A stretch of DNA of 25,378 nucleotides, taken from Promethearchaeota archaeon (GTDB taxonomy: Archaea > Asgardarchaeota > Lokiarchaeia > Sigyniarchaeales > SOKP01). The stretch is from positions 1 to 25,378 of the forward strand of contig JALGVJ010000046.1 of assembly GCA_029838195.1 (NCBI GenBank), written 5' to 3'. Shown piece after piece: positions 18,191 through 25,378 of the stretch. The number at the start of each line of letters is the position of its first letter. The stretch's first letter is position 1. A program made the position numbers and the translations under genes. Under the pieces are notes generated by a model. That model saw only the letters and a program-made list of their open reading frames with translations. It was not told the DNA's origin and did no database searches.

Positions 18191-19441
18191 TTAAAGAGTT
18201 TTTTCCTTTTTTATTAAGAGTAACAAAAGTGTAAACCCATAAATTAAAAAAAGGATTATATATCTGAGTACTATAATATAAAATAAGATAATATTACTCA
18301 TGATAAAAGGAAAGTATTTCATAATAGTTTCAAAAGGGGGCATTAAATTAATTCCTCCTACTGCTATGAGATTAATAAGTAAAATCTTATTGTTTTTTAT
18401 ATAACGTAGTAATTTGTCATTTTTAGTAAAATAAGGAATGTATAATAGAAGTGAAAATGACATTAAAATATGAAAAAGAGTAAAGCAGTTATACACACCA
18501 AAAAATAAATAAAATGCTGAAAAAGATCCAATTTTTCTCTCAATAGAAAAAGTTTTATTGAAAATTAAAATAATAGTGAATATTAATAACATGATTGTGG
18601 AAACCATCGTAAAATAATTATTATTGAGAAGGGGTAAGGGATTTTGATAAAAAAAACAGCAACGTGTTCCTTTATGAGATGAGCTCCAATTTATTCCCTC
18701 AAAAAAAGATAATAAAGTCTCAGGAAAAAAAATAAAATAAAAATTTTGAATTAAAAAAATAACAATCATTAAAAGAAATTTTTTAATCGTTCTTCTTTTC
18801 AAAAAATCATCGAAATTAATATCGTGAAAAAAAATTATTAATAAAAGGAGTATTAAGGAAGGAGCCATTCCTACAGCAAATATAAGTAAAGAATATTGAA
18901 TTATATAATAAAGGCTTGATTTATAAGTATTTTCCATATTTATTTGAATTTCTTTCCTAAGGACATAAATAATAACAAGCCCCACAAATATTTTAGTTTG
19001 AACGAATGTAAAAGTAAAATATAAGAACCAACTATTTCCGGCCAATAATAAAAGTAAAAATCTAAATTTTTTATTTTTCACATTTAATAATAATAAAATT
19101 TTATCTAATTCTCTTAAAAAAAGAGCACTAAAAACCATGTTCGCTAAATATGAGATATAATAAGCCATAATATAAGGAAAAATTAAAACATATAAAGCAA
19201 AAAACACGGCAAAACTAGGTAAATAGTAAAAATAGGGATTATAATAAAGTTGTGATGGATTTGTTAATAATTGCATGCCAGCAAAATAAAATATCATAAA
19301 ATCCCAGTATCTATTATAAATTATAAAATTTTTATAATATAACCAATAGAACCCCCATATAAATGGACAAATACATGCAATAATTAAATATATTTTATCT
19401 TTTGCTAATTTTAATATTAACATCTCTATTTTCTTCTTCAA
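18191..19441 (-). CDS. GT87/DUF2029-like membrane glycosyltransferase (GT-C)
   Basis: 416 aa multi-TM protein. The first external loop WDFMIFYFAG...LY...FYYLPSFA matches the GT87-type DF..Y.A / F.Y.P pattern. TTG start. Confidence 0.7.
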   Translation of the reverse strand: MKKKIEMLILKLAKDKIYLIIACICPFIWGFYWLYYKNFIIYNRYWDFMIFYFAGMQLLTNPSQLYYNPYFYYLPSFAVFFALYVLIFPYIMAYYISYLANMVFSALFLRELDKILLLLNVKNKKFRFLLLLLAGNSWFLYFTFTFVQTKIFVGLVIIYVLRKEIQINMENTYKSSLYYIIQYSLLIFAVGMAPSLILLLLIIFFHDINFDDFLKRRTIKKFLLMIVIFLIQNFYFIFFPETLLSFFEGINWSSSHKGTRCCFFYQNPLPLLNNNYFTMVSTIMLLIFTIILIFNKTFSIERKIGSFSAFYLFFGVYNCFTLFHILMSFSLLLYIPYFTKNDKLLRYIKNNKILLINLIAVGGINLMPPFETIMKYFPFIMSNIILFYIIVLRYIILFLIYGFTLLLLLIKKEKTL

Positions 19442-19590
19442 AGCTTTTTTAATTTTTTTAGTAAAATTTAGGTTAGTATAAATATTAAAAATTCAAAAAA
19501 AATTTTGTTTTTCGATTAAAAGTATTTTTTTGGAAAATTAGTTTATTTAAATATAAAGTATCTATTATTATATTTTATTGTACAATTATA

Positions 19591-20613
19591 ATGAATGAAG
19601 AAATAATAAAATCTACTGATTTATTTGATGAAAAGGGCGTTTTAATCCAAGATGGATGGGCAAGAAGACCAATTTTAAAATATAATCGTGAGAAAGTAAA
19701 GGCAAAATGGTACCGGTTAAAAGAATGGGATAACTACGTAATCATGCATCCAGATTATCAACTTAATATTACGGTGGCAGATGTCGGATATTTAGGGCAA
19801 ATTACGTTTCAGTTTATTAATTTTAAGACAAAGCAAAAATACGATGATGGTTGGAGGAAATTTTTTACAAAAGGCCGCTTGAACCTTCCAGTTAGTTCTT
19901 TAGAAGGAGACATGGAGTTTCATAAAGAACGGTTTGATCTGAAAATTAAGCGTTTTTCTGATAAAAGGATTCTTTCTTTCGATTTTCCTTCTTTCTCCGA
20001 AAATAAAGGGTTAAGAGGAACTTTAACTCTTTATCAAGATCCAAAGAAAGATTCAATAGTAAAAGTCAATCGTTATCCCGACAATAAGAAACTATTCTAT
20101 TATTCTGATAAAATCGTTTGGATGCCTGTAGAGGGAAACGTGATTTTTAACAATGAAGAGTACATCTTTTCTCCGAAAGATAGCTATTGTAGGTTAGATT
20201 GGGGGCGTGGTGCTTGGCCATATAAAATAAATTGGTATTGGGGGGCGGGATGTGGTCGATTGGAAGGAGACCACGAAATCTGGTTCAGTCACGGCTATTC
20301 TTGTGAGGACCCCGCTTTTCATGATAAAAACATGGTTGGATATGATGGAAAAGGGCATAAACTCTTCAATATCAAGTTCATTGTTCCAAAGAATCCCATG
20401 GATACATGGAAATTTGTAAGCAATGATGGAAGATTTAATCTGATTTTAGAACCCTTTTATTATCATCGGGAAAAAATGAATCTCATGATATTTTCTTCTC
20501 GATCGCTGATAGCTTTTGGCTATTATTCCGGTCATGTAATTTTAGATGATGGACAGGAAATACGGTTAAAAAAAATATTAGGACATGCGGAATCCATACG
20601 GTGGCGGTGGTAA
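19591..20613 (+). CDS. DUF2804 family protein
   Basis: 340 aa with GWARRP, KEWD.Y, ADVGY, DWGRG.WPY...W.W and terminal GHAE...RW pattern. Confidence 0.8.
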   Translation: MNEEIIKSTDLFDEKGVLIQDGWARRPILKYNREKVKAKWYRLKEWDNYVIMHPDYQLNITVADVGYLGQITFQFINFKTKQKYDDGWRKFFTKGRLNLPVSSLEGDMEFHKERFDLKIKRFSDKRILSFDFPSFSENKGLRGTLTLYQDPKKDSIVKVNRYPDNKKLFYYSDKIVWMPVEGNVIFNNEEYIFSPKDSYCRLDWGRGAWPYKINWYWGAGCGRLEGDHEIWFSHGYSCEDPAFHDKNMVGYDGKGHKLFNIKFIVPKNPMDTWKFVSNDGRFNLILEPFYYHREKMNLMIFSSRSLIAFGYYSGHVILDDGQEIRLKKILGHAESIRWRW

Positions 20614-20653
20614 ATTAATTAGGATTTTTTATCTATTTCTTTCTTTTTCTGCC

Positions 20654-21790
20654 CTAAAATAAAAGCGGAATAAAAATATAGGCAATCCACATGAACAAGC
20701 CACAGAATAAAGGATTCAAGATATTATCATCTATTTTCATATCAGCGATATCAATAAGTAAGAATATTAGAGCACCTATTAAGCTAACAATAAATAAATT
20801 AATACATTCAATTAAAGGGTTAAAAATTTTAATCATTAACAACGCTATGACAAAAGCTGAACTAAATCCCGCTACATGTCCTATTTTAGATTTTTTTTGA
20901 TACATGACATTTTTTTCAAATTTTATTCCTATAAGAGAAGCCAAACCATCGGAAATCGTGGCAATCAAGACTGTTGAGGCAAATATTTCAAATGGTAAGA
21001 AAAAAATCGGGATAAAAGAAAGAATTAATGCCGTGGGACTTAAAAATTCTATTTTTTCATTACTTTTAATCGATTTATCAAGGAAATTTAATACGGGATC
21101 GGGAATTAACCAGGAAATTTCTCCCCGTGGTTTAAATATAAAGGATAAGCGAATATAATCTAAAATGGCAAATAATAATAAAGCTGAATAACCAATAGTT
21201 AAAATTAAAAATCGGCCAAACATTTCTCCACTAATTCCCCAAGCTTCATTTTGATTTAATACATCTTGCCAAATTTTAATCGAAAAAACCCAACAAAAGA
21301 GTATTATGACTACAGGTATTACATGTAATATTTTTCGATATATGTTAATTCTTAATTTCGCGTCTTTTGAGATGTTATCATTCTTAGCCAGTTCTTTAAA
21401 AACCTTTATTTCAATCATCGTTTTCCTTCTTTTTTTAATTTCCGGCTCTTTTTTAAGTTTAAACAATTGGTATAATAAGATAATCAAAATTATAAAGGGC
21501 ATGAAACCACATATGGTCAAGGTCGATATCCCTTGAAAAAATCGAATGTTTGAGGAAGGATCATTTTCCACGTAAAAATAAGGATACATGATTCCTCCAT
21601 TTATCCATAAAACAACAATCAACAAGGAGTTCAGTAAATTATGATTTTCGGAGAACATTCGTTTTAATCTAAATGAATAAAATAAATGAAGAATACCATT
21701 TCCGATGAATAATAAGACTACCGGCAATAAGATATAATTACATGCCATTTTTAAAGTACAATATTCTTGATTATAGTTATACCTTTTCAA
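20654..21790 (-). CDS. CTP-dependent polyprenol/dolichol/diacylglycerol kinase-like membrane protein (cytidylyltransferase family)
   Basis: RKILH, D.IR, DGLASLIG, KKSKIG and DDN..P motifs, plus an extra N-terminal TM region. Start uncertain. Confidence 0.8.
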   Translation of the reverse strand: MKRYNYNQEYCTLKMACNYILLPVVLLFIGNGILHLFYSFRLKRMFSENHNLLNSLLIVVLWINGGIMYPYFYVENDPSSNIRFFQGISTLTICGFMPFIILIILLYQLFKLKKEPEIKKRRKTMIEIKVFKELAKNDNISKDAKLRINIYRKILHVIPVVIILFCWVFSIKIWQDVLNQNEAWGISGEMFGRFLILTIGYSALLLFAILDYIRLSFIFKPRGEISWLIPDPVLNFLDKSIKSNEKIEFLSPTALILSFIPIFFLPFEIFASTVLIATISDGLASLIGIKFEKNVMYQKKSKIGHVAGFSSAFVIALLMIKIFNPLIECINLFIVSLIGALIFLLIDIADMKIDDNILNPLFCGLFMWIAYIFIPLLF

Positions 21791-21863
21791 ACAAAATCTT
21801 TATTACCGGAAAAAGTATAGTTTAATTTTATTAAGTAAGAAAAATAACACGAGTTAAAACGCA

Positions 21864-22871
21864 ATGAAAACAGCTTTATATGAAGGAAAAAGAAAAATTA
21901 AAATTGTTGAAAAACCAGATCCAATACCCGAAAAGAATGAAGTAGTAATAAAAGTTAAACATACCGGCATTTGTGGATCGGATCTGGAATTTTACAAGAC
22001 AGGATTATGGCCCGAAAAAGGCATTTTAGGACATGAAATAATGGGAATCATTAAAGAATTAGGATCTGAGGTCAAGAAATGGAAAAGTGGAGATCGTGTT
22101 ACAATTGATCCTGCCTTACCTTGTGGCCGATGTTATTATTGTAAAAAAGGAGGGACAAATCTATGTTCAGGTACGGAAGCCATTGGATTGGGGAGAGATG
22201 GAGGCTTTGCTGAATATATTAAAGTTCCCGAAAGATGCATTATAAAACTACCCGATGCTATACCCGACAAGCATGGTACGGTTTTTGACCAAATTGGAAC
22301 AGGATTAATGGCATTGAAAAAAATAAATTTTAAGATTGGAGATACCGCAGTCGTCTTGGGAATGGGTACAATAGGTCTTTTCTTATTACAACTATTAAAA
22401 ATCTCTGGAGCGTCACGAATAGTGGTTATTGAGAAAAATATTAACCGTTTAGAGGTTGCAAAGAGATTTAATCCCGATTTAGCCTTAACCAAGGTAAATC
22501 ATCCTAAGATAAAAAGAATCGTCGGAAGGATTGGAGCAACTCATGTTTTTGAATGCTCTGGCTCACCTCAATTGGTCAATGCCGCTTTAGATATTACTTG
22601 CAAGGATGGAAATGTTATCCAGATAGGATTATGGGATAAACCCATTGAAATCAGTATAACAAAATATGTTATGAATCAAATCCGAATACAAGGAATAATT
22701 GGTTGCTCACGAGAAGATTTTGAATTTGCCATTGAATTAGTTGCTAAAAAAATGATCGATCCTGAACCGATTATCACGAAAATCATCCCTTTAGATAGAA
22801 TCGTGGAAGAGGGATTTGAAAGTGCGATTTCTCCTAACACGAGCGACATAAAAATATTAGTAGCGCCTTGA
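21864..22871 (+). CDS. Zinc-dependent MDR alcohol/polyol dehydrogenase
   Basis: GICGSD, GHE, structural Zn CGRCYYC..NLC, Rossmann GMGTIG and ECSG motifs. Confidence 0.93.
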   Translation: MKTALYEGKRKIKIVEKPDPIPEKNEVVIKVKHTGICGSDLEFYKTGLWPEKGILGHEIMGIIKELGSEVKKWKSGDRVTIDPALPCGRCYYCKKGGTNLCSGTEAIGLGRDGGFAEYIKVPERCIIKLPDAIPDKHGTVFDQIGTGLMALKKINFKIGDTAVVLGMGTIGLFLLQLLKISGASRIVVIEKNINRLEVAKRFNPDLALTKVNHPKIKRIVGRIGATHVFECSGSPQLVNAALDITCKDGNVIQIGLWDKPIEISITKYVMNQIRIQGIIGCSREDFEFAIELVAKKMIDPEPIITKIIPLDRIVEEGFESAISPNTSDIKILVAP

Positions 22872-22879
22872 AAAGAATA

Positions 22880-24406
22880 TTAAGTGCGTAGTTTTTCGAT
22901 ATCACGGCTATTTAGCGTGATGATGTTTTTTTGAAGAGAAGGATCATGTTTCACGGGGAATTTCTTACCTATCAAATCATGTTTTAATAACCCATTCAAT
23001 ACAATACGATCCGCGCTAATTTGAGCGAGAGCTCTTCGATTTGATTCAATTTTTCCAATAACTATTCCCTTAACAGGATTTCCTTGTCTATCATGTACAA
23101 ATGTATAACTCTCTATTTCTAAAACACCATTTGCTTCTTTTAATGGAGGAGCCAAACTTTTGGATAAAATGGCGCTTTGGATTTCGGTATCGTCAAGCTG
23201 ATCCCATAAAATTAAAGGAGGGTTTTTTCCATAAATTCCAAAAGATTGTTTGGTATTGTATCCTCCATTCGCAATTACCATGATTTTTAAATCAGAATTG
23301 TCACGGATTTTTTCTACAGCCGTTACAATTGCGTGCATGGAATAATTGCTCCAAGGTCCACCAAAATAAGGCAAACCCCCTGCGATAGTGAGAGTACGGG
23401 GGTCGTCCTCTAGGATTCCGATTTCTTTTTTAATAATTTGCACGATGGAAGGAAAGCAACTATAGATATCAAAAGCATTAATTTCATTTAACCTCAAGCC
23501 AGCTTGCTTTAAAGCGCGTTTTGATCCTTCTCGAGCGGCCGGTGAATCGTATAATTTTGGGCGCCTAGATATTTCATGAATGTTTTGGAAGTCGGACCCT
23601 CCCATTAAGTATACCCATAAATGCTCATCGATATTTAATCGGCGAGCGACCTCCTCTGTCATCATGATAATCGCTGCTACTTGATCCACAAACATGTTAG
23701 AACACATGCGTTTAGTATAAGGAAAATTTATCATTCGATTTTCATCCGTCGGAGTAATAATTTCTTCTGCGCTAAATGATGTTCTTGTCCACGCATGAGG
23801 ATTCTCGGAAGCTATTTTCGAAAATCTTTCAAATAATTTCCCCATGTGAAGTTGATGTTCTCGAATTGTTCTTTGCGAAGCACTTCTTAAGGCATTTTCA
23901 AATATGGCATACGTGCAAGAGGGAATTTTGAACCCATATAAATTTTCATGATCATTAATTCCATTCCAAATTTTGCCTTCCATGCTTGCAGGTTTTTCAC
24001 GAGGCGGCCAGTCTTGCGTTTTTTTTGATTTATAGGCAGTATATGCAGCTTCTCCTCCCGCTATTAAAACCGCCTTAGCTTGACCATAAAAGAGAGCCTT
24101 GGAAGCTCTATTTACCGCCATTTGAGGAGTATTGCCCCCATCAGCCAAATATATTTTCTGTTTAGGTTTGATTCCAAGAGCCTTGCATAAAACTCCCGGC
24201 GAATCCTTATAAGACCAACTATTAACATTAATGAGGATTACTGAATCAATGGATTTAATGAGTTTAAAATCTTCTACACCGGTATCTTTTATTGCATTTT
24301 TACTGGCGTGGAGGATTAATTGTAAAGGATCTAAGGGATTTTTTGTTTGCTTATGCTGAGTATATTGAGAAACACCAACAATAATGGAATTCTTTCCTTC
24401 CTTCAT
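22880..24406 (-). CDS. Thiolase-like protein (acetyl-CoA acetyltransferase-like, TLP1 type) with C-terminal extra domain
   Basis: GGNTPQ, GGEA, NRMINFPYTK, VDQ.AA, DIYSCFP, GGLPYFGGP..NY.MHAI and ANGG motifs. Start chosen at ATG 24406. Confidence 0.85.
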   Translation of the reverse strand: MKEGKNSIIVGVSQYTQHKQTKNPLDPLQLILHASKNAIKDTGVEDFKLIKSIDSVILINVNSWSYKDSPGVLCKALGIKPKQKIYLADGGNTPQMAVNRASKALFYGQAKAVLIAGGEAAYTAYKSKKTQDWPPREKPASMEGKIWNGINDHENLYGFKIPSCTYAIFENALRSASQRTIREHQLHMGKLFERFSKIASENPHAWTRTSFSAEEIITPTDENRMINFPYTKRMCSNMFVDQVAAIIMMTEEVARRLNIDEHLWVYLMGGSDFQNIHEISRRPKLYDSPAAREGSKRALKQAGLRLNEINAFDIYSCFPSIVQIIKKEIGILEDDPRTLTIAGGLPYFGGPWSNYSMHAIVTAVEKIRDNSDLKIMVIANGGYNTKQSFGIYGKNPPLILWDQLDDTEIQSAILSKSLAPPLKEANGVLEIESYTFVHDRQGNPVKGIVIGKIESNRRALAQISADRIVLNGLLKHDLIGKKFPVKHDPSLQKNIITLNSRDIEKLRT

Positions 24407-24560
24407 GAGATTAATCAAATTAAATTAAAAAGATATAAAAAGATTTTTTTTTTTTTATAAAAGATTTTCTCATTCTTCAATATAATTTAAAGTTTAATAA
24501 TTTAAAACAATGAACCCCAAAAAAACATGAATTAAAACATTTAAATTAAAATATTTAAAA

Positions 24561-24862
24561 CTAAAGTTCGACAACTTAATGTATCTTGGAAGCTTTATAA
24601 ATCCTTGTACCTCTCTAATGATATGAGAAAGGCTCCCGTGGAAAAAGCTTGACATATCACCCTCATCATGCACGCTTTTATAAGAAAGGAAGAGCCCTTT
24701 ATCTTAAAATGCTAGTCGTGGAAGAAAACCCGCTTATCATGAATTTTTTTGAAGAACATGGCTTGCGTTTACCAGCCAACGAGGAAAAGGCCGTGAAGGC
24801 GTTTGTTCATGGTTTATTAGTGAATGAGAGAGCTTCCGTCAAGCATGTTGCTGAGAACACCG
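24561..24862 (+). mobile_element. IS701-like insertion sequence remnant: left part with N-terminal transposase fragment (ATG 24709)
   Basis: MLVVEENPLIMNFFEEHG...KAFVHGLLVNERASVKHVAENT resembles IS701-family transposase N-termini (Y..GLL..ERK.V..IA). TTTTATAA at 24676-24683 lies upstream of the ATG. Composition shifts at about 24561 (CTAA). No DDE domain or right end is present. Confidence 0.5.
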
Positions 24863-25139
24863 TTAATTTTTCAACAATTACTTCTGCTGCGAGGGCTCGC
24901 ACATCTTTTTTCATGGGGGGCAAGGGAACCGAGATATCATCAAAACAAATGGAAATTTTACTATCGCTCATGATTAATTCATCTAATTTTTTTGATTCTA
25001 TAGGATTTTCAATGGCGTCTTTTATCGCATTTCTTGCATTTTCAAGGGGACGCATGGGTTCCTTCGCATGATAAATATCGATGTTATCAGAAAAATCATG
25101 GAGAAACACGTCATCCCCAAAATAAATTATCTCCTTCAT
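24863..25139 (-). pseudogene. Truncated LarA-like (lactate racemase N-terminal/DUF2088) gene
   Basis: AIENPIESKKL...ICFDDISVPLPPM..D.R is a LarA_N-type N-terminus. Similarity stops after VIVEKL (~92 aa), and the expected ALGLHR-like motif and rest of the protein are missing. The frame runs into antisense IS sequence and stops at 24807. Confidence 0.7.
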
Positions 25140-25200
25140 GTGTATCCCACTTTAATCGAGCAATATCAGCAATTTGATTCGATTTAGAAATAATTTCTTT

Positions 25201-25378
25201 TTAATCCATCGGAATAAAATCTTCGTGCCGTCGAACTAACCCCTTCCAATACAATTCAGAATCAATGTTTAATTCTTTTTTAAGCAATGTCGCAAAAGCT
25301 TTTCCCATTTCTTCCGTAATAAAATTATACATTTGAATGGTGATCCAATCCACCATCTCAAGATTCAAATCGCTCAAG
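25201..25378 (-). CDS. 3' end of a gene running off the window (partial hypothetical)
   Basis: Open frame LSDLNLEMVDW...RRHEDFIPMD* ending at TAA 25201-25203, co-oriented with the larA-like fragment. Confidence 0.6.
   Translation of the reverse strand, partial: LSDLNLEMVDWITIQMYNFITEEMGKAFATLLKKELNIDSELYWKGLVRRHEDFIPMD

Noticed and set aside
25230-25238. Short inverted match (GTCGAACT) to the putative IS left end AGTTCGAC
   Set aside because: Only 8 bp, and inside an apparently intact coding frame; probably chance.
1-25378. Selenocysteine read-through/SECIS, CRISPR arrays, rRNA, inteins in PolB1
   Set aside because: TGA-ending ORFs are complete at the stop or close soon after. No repeat-spacer array or rRNA-like stretch was seen, and PolB motifs are contiguous without intein-sized inserts.

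Overview
Low-GC archaeal chromosomal window. The intron-containing tRNA with a bulge-helix-bulge (BHB) motif and the PolB1-type polymerase point to TACK/Asgard, and gene content and composition suggest a Lokiarchaeia-like Asgard archaeon (inference). In order, it contains: a class I methyltransferase; a tRNA-Thr(UGU) gene split by two introns (anticodon loop and T-loop); a sulfatase-fold hydrolase with Thr at the formylglycine position; a small protein with two DUF2934-like repeats; a co-oriented four-gene block (divergent glycyl radical enzyme with a GCVG Cys-loop, its activase, tldD, pmbA); a stop-interrupted ORF; DNA polymerase PolB1; an MFS transporter; a very AT-rich convergent pair of multi-TM GT-C-like membrane proteins; a DUF2804 protein; a polyprenol/dolichol-kinase-like protein; a Zn-dependent dehydrogenase; a thiolase-like protein; and a head-on junction between an IS701-like transposase fragment and a truncated LarA-like gene. 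The best novelty candidates are the Glu-less glycyl radical enzyme and its linkage to TldD/PmbA, and the two-intron tRNA. All family assignments come from motif recognition by eye, not database searches.
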